Shown: in pieces, positions 1 through 9,100 of the stretch | How positions within the stretch are numbered: position 1 is the first letter of the stretch | How the letters are laid out: each line of letters begins with the position of its first letter | NCBI GenBank assembly: GCA_965220605.1 | Contig: CBDCQM010000005.1 | Span: forward strand, 93,614 to 157,613 | Reading direction: 5' to 3' | Length of the DNA: 64,000 bases | DNA from: Dehalococcoidia bacterium | Lineage (GTDB): Bacteria > Chloroflexota > Dehalococcoidia > Lucifugimonadales > UBA3495 | Translations under genes and position numbers: made by a program | Notes under the pieces: model-generated | Told to the model about the DNA's origin: nothing | The model's database searches: none | Seen by the model: only the letters and a program-made list of their open reading frames with translations

Positions 1-585
1 GGACCTGCCGGTCTCGCCAGAGGGGGTCCAGTTCGGCGACTTCCGCGCAGTGGAAACGGTAGAGTTTGCCGACTTGCAGGCCGTCCAGCACGGCGCCGCC
101 GGGGTAAGTCTTGCCGGTTTTCACACCGTGACCGGTGAGCAATCCCCACTCGCCGGTGCTGCGGTTGACCTGCTCAACCGAGCCGGTGAGCGTGGCGATT
201 TTGCCGCGTCCCAGCGCCCGCCTGACGGCCTCGTAGTCACGGGGTTCCTCCGGTTCCAGAAAGTAGCCGTCTTGGGGAAGGTGCCCGGTTTCCGACAGAG
301 GCTTGTGCTGATGCTCCAGTACCAGCGGGTCTTCAATCGTGCCACCGGGTACAGTGATGTACCATTCTCCGTTGGGAGATTCCAATAGCAAAGTACGCAG
401 GTCAACCTGACCGGCTTGGAAATCCGCCAGCCGCTCAGGACTGACGCCCACTACTGCGTAGCGGTCAGAGTCGCCCACCGTGTCAATCATGTCGCCGATG
501 TAGTGGCCGCCGATAGAATCGCGGGCCGCGAAAATCTGTATCCCATCGTAGTATTCAAGAATTTCGGTAATCTTGACGGTTTTCA
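1..585 (-). CDS. hypothetical protein; C-terminus runs off the left window edge
   Basis: My own reverse-complement translation is open from ATG (585-583): MKTVKITEILEYYDGIQIFAARDSIGGHYIGDMIDTVGDSDRYAVVGVSPERL... to position 1. It is absent from the ORF track because it is edge-truncated. Its start overlaps the upstream stop (ATGA). Confidence 0.5.
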
Positions 586-941
586 TCGCGGCATCACGTG
601 GCAGTTCGCCAAAATGTCGTACTCGGCCAGCGGCCACCAAGTATGATGGGAACGCCCGCCGGTTGTCAGGATGCTCCCTGCACCAGGATTCAAGGTGACT
701 TGGCAGCCTGCCTCTTGTTGACAGGCGTTCGGCAGCGTTGAGGCTGTCGAACACCGATACTCCGCGGGCCTAGCACTCGCTAACGTCGCGAAAGACCCGG
801 TCCGGCCTTTCCGCCCGCTGAGACCGGAAGTCGTCATCGGTGGGCGGGTTGTTGCGGACCAGACGATAGACCACTCTCGTCGCGGCGATTTCTCCCGCAT
901 CGTCCGGCGGGCAATCGTCGGGCAAGGATTCACGGTAGGTC
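583..941 (-). pseudogene. decayed conserved hypothetical gene with an in-frame TAG plus a frameshift
   Basis: MTYRESLPDDCPPDDAGEIAATRVVYRLVRNNPPTDDDFRSQRAERPDRVFRDVSEC-TAG(770-772)-ARGVSVFDSLNAAERL. The sense then continues in another frame (...GCQVTLNPGAGSILTTGGRSHHTWWPLAEYDILANCHVMPR, stop 583-585). Confidence 0.45.
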
Positions 942-1158
942 ATAGGCTTGATGTTTCCGTTACTCTCCAGTCTAGTTTGATGGGTACCCGGCATCAAAAT
1001 AGGCCGGCATCCTAGCCGTGGATCAGTTCCAGTGCCTGCATCACCTTTGGAGGTCGGCGGCGTAGTCCTCACTGGTTTGTTCGTGCGGGTGGGGTGAACA
1101 CGGTTCAAGCGACGGCAGCGGTATGGTCACGGCAGTTCCTTGATTGCGTCCTTCGCAG

Positions 1159-2007
1159 TTACCCGCCGCGCAGCCGCCTGTTCTCCGCTTCCAGCTCGCG
1201 GATCCGGGCCTCGGCACGACGTTGCTCCGCCTTTCTGGCCTCGCGTTCGTTCTCCACCCGCTCTTCGGCCCTCAGGCGCGCCTCGCGCTCGGCGTTGCGC
1301 TCCGCCTCCGCAGTGGCCCGGGCCTCCATCTCCTCAATCCGAGCCTCACGCTCCCGGTCAGCCCGGGCTCGCTCGTCCTCGAACGTGGCGATGTGCCGCC
1401 CCGTCGCCGGGTCGTGCCATGCCAGACGTCCTTGCTCCCAACGCAGGTGGATGTTCAGCGCCGCGCTGTAGCCTTCCAGCACGCCGTCAGCCAACTCCTC
1501 GATGGCGATGGGCTCGTACAGGCCATCCACCAGCCGGTCGCCAGCCAGCTTGGTCTTGTGGTGCTCTCCCGTCTCGTCGAAACGCCAGTACTCGGCCACT
1601 CCCAGCGCCTCGTAGTCCGCCCGTTTGGGGCCGGTGTCCTCGGCGCCGGTGCTGCGGGAGGCCACCTCCAGCACGAAGTCCGGCGGCTTGCCCTGCTCTT
1701 GGATGATGTATCCGTTGCTGAGGCGGTAGGCCTCGGGGTCCACGCCAAAGGCGATGAGCAGGTCGGGAACCCGCCGGGCGCGGCCGCTGGGCAGCCGGCG
1801 CTCCGGCATCATGGTGACGTAGCGCTCCGCGGTGACCAGGGTGGACTCCGGGTTTCCCAAGTGCTGGGCGAGGTGGTGAGTGTTCCCAGGTTGATGCAGG
1901 TGGTCTACGGTGCTCATTTTCTCGTCAAGCTCGCGTTCCGGCGGGTCCGGCAAGACGAACCGCTCTCCGGTCTTCGGTTGCTTGGCTGCGGTGTCGGGGG
2001 TGGTCAT
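1159..2007 (-). CDS. Uma2 family (DUF820) endonuclease with a C-terminal Arg/Glu-rich coiled coil
   Basis: PDFVLEVASRSTGAEDTGPKRADYEALGVAEYWRFD matches the Uma2 PD-(D/E)XK-like core as I recall it. The tail is a REREARIEEMEARA... repeat. The true start may be the internal MSTVDHL. Confidence 0.75.
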   Translation of the reverse strand: MTTPDTAAKQPKTGERFVLPDPPERELDEKMSTVDHLHQPGNTHHLAQHLGNPESTLVTAERYVTMMPERRLPSGRARRVPDLLIAFGVDPEAYRLSNGYIIQEQGKPPDFVLEVASRSTGAEDTGPKRADYEALGVAEYWRFDETGEHHKTKLAGDRLVDGLYEPIAIEELADGVLEGYSAALNIHLRWEQGRLAWHDPATGRHIATFEDERARADREREARIEEMEARATAEAERNAEREARLRAEERVENEREARKAEQRRAEARIRELEAENRRLRGG

Positions 2008-2226
2008 GCTGAACCTCGGCGGGCTGGCGGCTCTGGTAGGTCAACCGGTGGATGGCGTGGATTATATGGCATTGGGCATGGGACGGCGATGCTGCCGACT
2101 ATAAGCGCCCGGCGGTTACACCCTGTCCGCCGGGGCGCACGGCGCTCGGGGTAGCCCCGGTTCAGTAGGCCGGCCCTAGCTCTATGCCGTACCCCGGCTC
2201 CGGTACGGACACGGTCTCGCCCTGTC

Positions 2227-2928
2227 TCAGGCTGCGCAGCAGGAGGCCCTACAGGAACTCAGGCCGAACAGGCAGGACCGGCAGGAGCACAGTTGCAGGT
2301 CGTCGGAGCGTCCATTTCCGCGAATCCCCGCCAGTCCCTCCCGGAGTAGCCAGGGGACCAGCAGCAGGGCCGTCACCGCGTCCAGCCACCACCAGCCCAG
2401 CGCCGCGTTGGCCACCAGTCCAATGAGCAGTGTCAGGGAGAGGACCCCGCAGGCCAATGTCTCCTTCGCCTCGATGGCAATGGACTGTAGATTGCCCCGG
2501 GCTGCGATGCGGAGTTTCCAGACGGCTATCAGAGGCATCAGGGTGACCGAGGCCAATGCGAGCCCGATACCCACCAAGGATTCCTCGGCGCCGCTTCGTT
2601 GCGAAAGGGCCCACGCTGACTGCAACACGATGGCAGACGACAGGGCGATAAACGTCCAGCCAATGAACCGGATTACCCGCTGCTCCACGGCCTCGGCATA
2701 CTCTCCTTCCGTGATGCCCACCCTCCAGAGCACCAGGGCGGCGGCCGCCACCTCGATGCAACTGTCGGCCCCGAAAAAGACCAAGGCGAAGCTGCCGGCA
2801 ACGATCCCGGACCAGACGGCTATTGTGCCTTCTGCAACGTTGTAGAGAATCGTGAACAGTAGCAGAAATCTTGCGGTCTTGAGCAATGCTATGGATACTT
2901 CCCGCTGGGATGGAGAGCGTTTTAACAC
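2227..2928 (-). CDS. cation-efflux (CDF-like) membrane protein with a Cys-rich C-terminus
   Basis: About 6 hydrophobic helices. The pattern FFGADSCIEV...AIEAKETLAC resembles CDF transmembrane domains. The tail is CSCRSCLFGLSSCRASCCAA. Confidence 0.5.
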   Translation of the reverse strand: MLKRSPSQREVSIALLKTARFLLLFTILYNVAEGTIAVWSGIVAGSFALVFFGADSCIEVAAAALVLWRVGITEGEYAEAVEQRVIRFIGWTFIALSSAIVLQSAWALSQRSGAEESLVGIGLALASVTLMPLIAVWKLRIAARGNLQSIAIEAKETLACGVLSLTLLIGLVANAALGWWWLDAVTALLLVPWLLREGLAGIRGNGRSDDLQLCSCRSCLFGLSSCRASCCAA

Positions 2929-3268
2929 AAGAGGCTTTTCCAGTCCAGCGTCGGGCAGCGCCAGCTGCGTGGACTGTTCCGTACGGAGGCTGGAGGCCGG
3001 GTTTCCGCCTTAGCCTCTTTGGGTCTGTTCCCGGCGTTCCGGCAAAGGGCGCAGCCGGTTCGGGGTAGGAATTCTTAGCTCTGCAACAGTCCAGCCTCTG
3101 CTCGGGGGCACCGTGCCACTCTCTGGGTGTCCGCATCAGTCGTGCGCGAAACAGCGGTAAGGAAACCGTGCTTGCGGCTACATTCTCCGGTCGGCTCCGC
3201 CGATGGGCTAGAAGTCGTCCGTGATCCCTACTCCCGCCTGTGGCTCCCCTTCCATTCTCTCCGGGCAG

Positions 3269-3850
3269 TCAGCCCTTGTGATGTCGCAGAACCGGCACTC
3301 GCCGGGCAGGGGCGTCCCTTCCCAGACACTGCACCAGGGCGCCGAGGTTCCTCACGAACTCTCGGTCCACGGCCTCCGGGGGTATTTCGACCGCGTGGCC
3401 CGTATACGCCAGCTGCCCGCGGAACTCCAGCCCCCTGTACCTTTCCAGGCCCTTCGGGACGGCGTATTGGTAGATCATCACCTGCGCGCTGTGGGAGGGC
3501 TGGGGCTTCCCGGTCTTGGCGTCTATGATGACCGCCTCTTTGTTCCTCAGCGCTATGACGTCCGGTTTCCCGGCCAGAGTTGCTGCGCTCCCCCGGAGCG
3601 CAAAGCTGTTTTGGCCTTCTGTGGTTACGGTATAGCCGTTGTCCTCCCACTCCGCCCGGAGTTGGTTCAGCAGGGCGGTGTGTTTTATCATCCAGCCCGC
3701 TTGGTCAAACCCGGAACTGACCTTCTGCCAACTCCAGCTTTCATGCTGGGCCTTGAACTAGGCCGCCCACTCGCAGGAGTTTTCCTCGGTGAGCAGCTTG
3801 GCAGCCCACGTGACCCAGATGTACGGTCCTGACGAGCGCAGTTGGGCCAC
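3269..3850 (-). pseudogene. PD-(D/E)XK nuclease family gene interrupted by an in-frame TAG
   Basis: GTG(3850)-AQLRSSGPYIWVTWAAKLLTEENSCEWAA-TAG(3758-3760)-FKAQHESWSWQKVSSGFDQAGWMIKHTALL...GKPDVIALRNKEAVIIDAKTGK (D..D-x-K motif). The 582 nt are all in one frame. Confidence 0.6.
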
Positions 3851-4070
3851 AGGCAGGCCTCCGGCGGGCGGCTGGGGGACACAGGGGGCTTTCCTCCAGT
3901 CTACCGGGCCCTGTTGGGAAAGGGTCAACGGGCAACTGTCATCAGTTGCCCGGCTGCGGTGGGCTCAGTGCTTGATTCCTTGTCTCCCCGCATTCTCTAC
4001 GAGTGGCCCCTCCCGGCCAAGGTGGTTTTGAGCTTGATTGCGGCCACTATGTCCCGTTACAACCAGCCGC

Positions 4071-4790
4071 TCACTCTGGGGATCGTCCAGTTCTCCCGTC
4101 GTGAATTTCGGTAGCCGTCTCCCGGTGTCGGCTCTGGTCAGCGGCCCCATCTTCCTCGGAGCCGGGACCGCCATTCCCTTCCAGCTCTCCCTCGATGTCT
4201 GGGAATCCGTGGAGCGTGTTGGCCTCATGCAGGGCTTGTCGCATCTGGCCGTTGGCCTCTTCCATACGGTCGAGGATCTGCTGCATCCTCTGGCTGCCGG
4301 CCTCCCGTGGGTCGTCTGACCATCGTTCGCAGGACCCAGCGGTGCCGCCGCACCCGCGACACCTTCGTGTACGGGTTACGGAAGTTGTGTTGCTGCCGCC
4401 GGGACCGCTCTGCCTGTGCTCGGCTTGTACTGTCCGGGTCTCTGCTCCGCAGTGAGGGCAGGTCAGTGTTCTGCCATCCCGGACGCCGGGGTCCAGTCCG
4501 GCCATCAGAATGAGACCGTCTATCTCAGTTTCCGAGAGGTTGAGCGCTCTGCCGAAGATTTCCAGTCTCTGGGCCGTCGGGTGCGTAAGGCCGGATTCCC
4601 AGCGCGACACAGTAACGTGGCTCGTCCTCCGGGCGTAACCTGGGTCCGCATCGGCCATCCGGCGGAGCAATTCGTCTTGGGAGATTCCGCGCCCACCCCT
4701 TTCTCTCGGAAAGGACTCGCGGTAGGCCCGCATCACGAAACCCACTTGGGCCGCCCTACTCCTCTCTTGTTCCGAGTTTGACGATGACAT
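4071..4790 (-). CDS. XRE-family HTH transcriptional regulator with a CxxC...CxxC zinc ribbon
   Basis: The HTH is GISQDELLRRMA...VSRWESGLTHPTAQRLEIFGRALNLSE. It is followed by CPHCG...CRGCG and an acidic tail. The gene is divergent from the low-GC intergenic region. Confidence 0.65.
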   Translation of the reverse strand: MSSSNSEQERSRAAQVGFVMRAYRESFPRERGGRGISQDELLRRMADADPGYARRTSHVTVSRWESGLTHPTAQRLEIFGRALNLSETEIDGLILMAGLDPGVRDGRTLTCPHCGAETRTVQAEHRQSGPGGSNTTSVTRTRRCRGCGGTAGSCERWSDDPREAGSQRMQQILDRMEEANGQMRQALHEANTLHGFPDIEGELEGNGGPGSEEDGAADQSRHRETATEIHDGRTGRSPE

Positions 4791-5162
4791 TCCTTGCTTC
4801 CTAATCCCTTTATAGATTAAGTGATTTGGCAGAGGGGTGTTGCTGTGCAGGCTTGGACCGAATACAAAAAGGCCCTGCGGTTGCCGGGCCCTACGAAGTG
4901 CGGTCAGTCTGTTTCGGTCTATTCCGGTCGGGGTGCGGCAGGGTAAGGTTCCGTACTCTGGCTCTGCTCAGCTTCAGCTTCGCGCAGTCGCTCGGTATGG
5001 CTATCTCGGCGCGGCCCGTGGTGGGTCCTTTTCCTCAGAGGGTTTTCGCAGATGTGTTAACTCGGACCCTCGCGATTTTCCCTTTGCGACCGGAGCGGAT
5101 AGGGAATTTCCCCAGACTTTATCTTGCCTTAAGTTGTTTTCCAGAATAATTGCAGTTTTCCA

Positions 5163-5192
5163 TTGACATATACATACAGGATATGGAATAGT
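5163..5192 (+). promoter_or_regulatory. candidate sigma70-type promoter
   Basis: TTGACA (5163-5168), 18 nt spacer, AATAGT (5187-5192), in an AT-rich patch upstream of the 5197/5215 ATGs. Confidence 0.35.
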
Positions 5193-5196
5193 GACA

Positions 5197-5820
5197 ATGC
5201 GTACCGGGAAAGTCATGTCTGTGGAGGTCTCTATGGGTGATGATGATCTCAACACGGTGGTCCGTGAAGGAGTGGAGGGGCTTCGTCAGTACATAAGGTT
5301 ACTGGAATCTCTGCTTGCCTCGGCGCGGGCAGCGGAATCCTTGTTCCCGGGCGTCCTGTCTTCCATTGAGCGCGATAGTCGAGAGAATTCCCTTGCTGCT
5401 CAGGTACGGGGTCTCGGACCTGTGAATAGCCCGGCCCCGGCTTTTTCTGAATACGGCGGGACCTATGCGCGACTCGAGTCAGCTCTGTTGGCTGAGAGGC
5501 CAAGTGGGCATAACAGGGTACTGAAAGGACTCCGCGTGATCGCTGCCGCGGGCGAGGGGGAGCTGGATTTTGGCATGGCTTGTCAGGTGCTGAGGCATAC
5601 CGGGGTCTGTAGAGGAACCCCTGAAAACGTGTCCAGCTATGTCAGCAGGAGACTTCGGGTGTCTGACGAATTTCAGAGGGTCGGCGAGTCGGGGAGTGGA
5701 CGGTACAAATGGTTGTTATTTCAGGGAGAGCGTTCGGAGGATGTTCCAGACTCCGACTCCGTGGCCGATGACTGTGGAAATTCCGATCCTCAAGACACCG
5801 TGGAGTCTCCCAGCCTATGA
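5197..5820 (+). CDS. hypothetical protein (island cargo)
   Basis: ORF-track frame 5191..5820. The first ATG is at 5197, with alternatives at 5215 and 5233. No family recognised. GC is lower than the flanks. Confidence 0.45.
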   Translation: MRTGKVMSVEVSMGDDDLNTVVREGVEGLRQYIRLLESLLASARAAESLFPGVLSSIERDSRENSLAAQVRGLGPVNSPAPAFSEYGGTYARLESALLAERPSGHNRVLKGLRVIAAAGEGELDFGMACQVLRHTGVCRGTPENVSSYVSRRLRVSDEFQRVGESGSGRYKWLLFQGERSEDVPDSDSVADDCGNSDPQDTVESPSL

Positions 5821-5838
5821 TTTTATGACGGATTTCTA

Positions 5839-5867
5839 TTGACCTTTTGTTCGTATAATGGTAAAAT
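5839..5867 (+). promoter_or_regulatory. strong sigma70-like promoter with no obvious downstream gene
   Basis: TTGACC (5839-5844), 17 nt spacer, TAAAAT (5862-5867). An internal TATAAT also lies in the spacer. Confidence 0.45.
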
Positions 5868-6649
5868 TACCCTTGTATTATATGTGTTTTAACCTTCACT
5901 CATGGGACTCGGTTGTACTTTCCGCTAATCTGCGGCTGAGTTCCAATGGCAGGCTTGCTCGCCTTGTACGATGCCATCGTGGCCGCATTCCGGCTAACGC
6001 CCTTGTCTGCCGGTGCAGGTCTGCTGGAGGTTGATACTGGAATAAGGAGGTTGTTAGGGCGCATTGCCTCACTCTGAGGCAGGGAATATCTACTTTTGAT
6101 AAGGAGGAACACGTATGGACACGCATCACAATACCCGCGCCGTGCCCGGCGCACAGAGAGCAGGGCCCGCCGTCCAAAGCTGCCCTGCCCCTAGACCAGC
6201 CCCCGAGCAGGGATGCGGTCTTTTTCTATGCTAACCCATCAGGCACCGATACGCCAACTTCCTCTGCGCCGGTTTCGGCGGACCTCCCCGGCACCGGGCA
6301 TGACAGCGGTAACGATACCGGCTGGTATGAGGTGGACGGCATACGGGCCCGGGTGGTGATCCTCAGGGCCCCCGACGGCGGAAGACTGACCCGATTCATC
6401 CAAGATTTGCTGCTGGACGGAGACTTCGGCGGTCCACCTCCGGATGACCATGACGCCCTCTCCGGGGTGAGGGAACCACCCCCCGTTCCTCCCTTTGGGG
6501 GAGGCTCCGCTGTGGCCGCGGCCCCTGCGGTCCAGGAGAGGGAGCTGGTCCTCGTCTAGCGGTCCCGGGCGCCGCTCACTGTGGGCGGCGCCCGCCTTCC
6601 GTTCACCCGTTCACCCGGATTCCAATTCATTTCAGATTTTGGAGGCGAT

Positions 6650-7824
6650 ATGATAGCGGGAAATTACGCTAGGACCAGCACGATCCAACAGGGGGACGGC
6701 ACATCTATTGCCACACAGCTGGAGCGCTGCCGGACGAAGGCAGAGCGCATGGGCTACACCGTGAAGGACGAGTTCGTCTGGCCCGATACCCGGTCGGGCG
6801 AGGACCCGGAAAGCGCCGCGCTGGACAGTATGCTCAAGGCCGTTCGCCAGAGGCTGGTGGATGCCGTGTTCGTCTACACTTCCGACCGTCTTTCCAGGGA
6901 TCCCCTGCATCTCTTGGTGCTCATTCAGGAGTTCCAGGACGCGGGTGTGCTTCTCGAGTTCGTCGATGGACAGCTGGAGGACACTCCGGAGGGCCGTCTG
7001 GTCCTCTACGTCCAGGGCTATGCCGCGCAGAAGGAGCGCAGGCAGATTGCCGAGCGCACCATGCGGGGCAAGGAGGCCGTGGCCAGGTCCGGCAGGCTGT
7101 CCTGCGGCACCGGGGCCGGAATGTACGGCTATGACTACGACCCCATCGCCAAGACCCGCACAATCAACGAGGAACAGGCCGCCATCGTCAGGCTGATGTT
7201 TCAGATGGCCTTTGACGGCGTTAGTCCGTACCTCATCGGCGTGGACCTCGCGGACCGCGGCATTTCGCGGCCCCAGAGGAGGGGTTCTGGAATCCCGCAC
7301 CGTTCAGCGTATGCTCCAGAACGAGTCCTATGCGGGCGTTGACTACTACGGCCTCTACCGTTGCATCGGCTCCAAGGGACAGAAGCGGTCCGTCACTGCC
7401 CGGGACCCGTCGGAGGTGATTAGGATCACCGGGTTCTCCCCTCCCATTGTCAGCCGGAAGCTGTTCGACGATGTACCGCAGCGGGGCATTCGACGAGGTC
7501 CTGATTGAATCGGACGCCGCCGCCCTCAGGAATCTTCTTGAGGAGAAACATCGGGCGTTGTCTCTCTTGGAGGAGCAGCAGCACGGCGAGGACGACATGC
7601 TCGAGGTCGAGCGCCGCATCGTCGGTCAGTGCCTCAAGCTGGCCGAGAGGCTGGGCGCTCTCGACTTCGAGGGCAAGCGGGCCATGTTCGCCGCCCTGGG
7701 GCTGAAGGTGGAGGCGACCCGCGAGGATGTGTCCGTCACGGTGGTTTTGGACCCGAAATTTACTACCACTGAACGAACATTGGCATCACAACATGGACGT
7801 AGTCGTCGCTGTCAGTGGGCTTGA
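6650..7824 (+). pseudogene. large serine recombinase, frameshifted at least twice and truncated
   Basis: GGAGG is followed by ATG at 6650: MIAGNYARTSTIQQGDGTSIATQLERC (resolvase catalytic Ser region). The sense continues in ORFs 7212..7508 (TVQRMLQNESYAGVDYYG) and 7447..7824 (coiled-coil tail), that is, three frames. Confidence 0.75.
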
Positions 7825-8917
7825 AGACCCCTGGGCTGGAAGAAGTCGTGGTCTCGATTGCCACCCGCCCGCGGTCCAGCACCGACAGCACGTCCAGCAG
7901 GTAGCGGCTGTTGAAGGCTATCTTGCCTTCCTCTCCCTCAAGCTCCGCCACGTCAACAACGTCCTCGTTGTCTCCCACCTCTTCGGACCGGGCCGAGATC
8001 AACAGCTTGCCGGCCGCTTCGTCTCCCTCCTCACTGGGCACGACGTGCATACGCACGATGTTGGAACCGTCCCGGGCAAAAATGGCCGCGGTACGAGTGG
8101 CCCGCAGCGTCTGCTGCAAGTCGAGAATGGCCCGCGTCGTGTAGTTCTGCGGGATCAGCTGGTCGTAGTTGGGGAAGGTCCCCTGCAACAGCTGGGACAC
8201 AAGCTCCACGGTGTCGCCGCCCTGGAGCCGGAACATCACCTGCCCCTTCTGGGGGGTAAGCATGATTTCCACGGGTTCGGAATTGTCGCTCAGCAACCGC
8301 TGTAGTTCGGTCATGGTGCGGGCGGGGATGATGACACTCATCTCCTCGGGGACCGGCTGCGCCAGTTCCCCGTTGTGGACCGCCAGCCTGAACCCGTCGG
8401 CAGCCGCCATCGTAAAGGAGCCTTCCCGGAGCTTTACTTCAACTCCCGTAAGAACCGGACGGGACTCCTCCGTCGCTGCGGCAAAGGCCACCCTCGTGAT
8501 AGCAGTGCGCAGGGCCGACGGCTGCGCTTGCGCCACCATCGCATCGTCGACGGTGGGGATGGGAGGGAACTCGGAGGCGTCGGTCCCGTGAATATTGGCC
8601 TGGGACCGGCCGGACTTGATCTGGAGCTGGCGCGAACCCTGTTCGACTTCTATATCGATTCGGTCGCTTCCCAGCGAATTGACGAACTCGGTAAGAAGCC
8701 TAGCCGGGACGGTAACGGAACCCTCCTCTTCCACCATGGCTCCAATCCAGGTAGTCATGGCGATTTCCAGGTTGGTGGCCGATAGCCGCAGCATGTTGCG
8801 TTCGGCGCTCAGCAACACGTTCTGCGTAACCGGCAGCGTGGCCCTGCTGGCCACCGCCCTTCCAACCACGGAAAGGCCTCTGCTCAGATTTTCCTGCAAA
8901 CAAGAAATCTTCATCAT
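7763..8917 (-). CDS. dnaN: DNA polymerase III beta sliding clamp
   Basis: MKISCLQENLSRGLSVVGRAV...ATLPVTQNVLL...LSATNLE...VMPMFVQW; 384 aa; ends in TAG. Confidence 0.95.
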   Translation of the reverse strand: MMKISCLQENLSRGLSVVGRAVASRATLPVTQNVLLSAERNMLRLSATNLEIAMTTWIGAMVEEEGSVTVPARLLTEFVNSLGSDRIDIEVEQGSRQLQIKSGRSQANIHGTDASEFPPIPTVDDAMVAQAQPSALRTAITRVAFAAATEESRPVLTGVEVKLREGSFTMAAADGFRLAVHNGELAQPVPEEMSVIIPARTMTELQRLLSDNSEPVEIMLTPQKGQVMFRLQGGDTVELVSQLLQGTFPNYDQLIPQNYTTRAILDLQQTLRATRTAAIFARDGSNIVRMHVVPSEEGDEAAGKLLISARSEEVGDNEDVVDVAELEGEEGKIAFNSRYLLDVLSVLDRGRVAIETTTSSSPGVFKPTDSDDYVHVVMPMFVQW

Positions 8918-9067
8918 CCGCCCCTGATCTATTCCCTGGAGAACTCTTCACCTCTTGTAGCCGGTGAAGACCCGACGATTGGGTAGCAATTATATGACAT
9001 CCCGCATTATGCAGGGTAGCCTGCCCAGCGCGTTGTTCCGTTATTCGGTAAGCCGGGACGATACGTC

Positions 9068-9076
9068 TGATATAAT
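9068..9076 (+). promoter_or_regulatory. extended -10 element (TGATATAAT)
   Basis: TGnTATAAT lies about 25 nt upstream of the alaX-like ATG. No good -35 element. Confidence 0.35.
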
Positions 9077-9100
9077 ACCGGCGCTCTCGGAGTGGAAATC

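Noticed and set aside
770-3760. Two in-frame TAG codons in protein-like frames (770-772 and 3758-3760) suggested amber-codon reassignment or pyrrolysine-type recoding.
   Set aside because: TAG is the ordinary stop of several clearly intact genes here (dnaN, alaX-like, hyuA, modC, prfA). An RF1 gene (prfA) is present. One of the two genes also carries a frameshift, and both sit in an island with a frameshifted recombinase. Simple pseudogenisation is the better explanation.
4868-4895. A hairpin ggccc-N11-gggcc plus an A/T run, considered as a terminator in the island's regulatory region.
   Set aside because: It has only a 5-bp stem with a large loop, and its position upstream of the regulator start makes a terminator role unconvincing.
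6332-6559. A 75-aa ORF, and the longer stop-free frame from about 6033, as a real gene upstream of the recombinase.
   Set aside because: There is no ATG, GTG or TTG in the open frame before 6332, and no RBS. The composition is Pro/Gly-rich and no family was recognised. It is more likely non-coding or a remnant.
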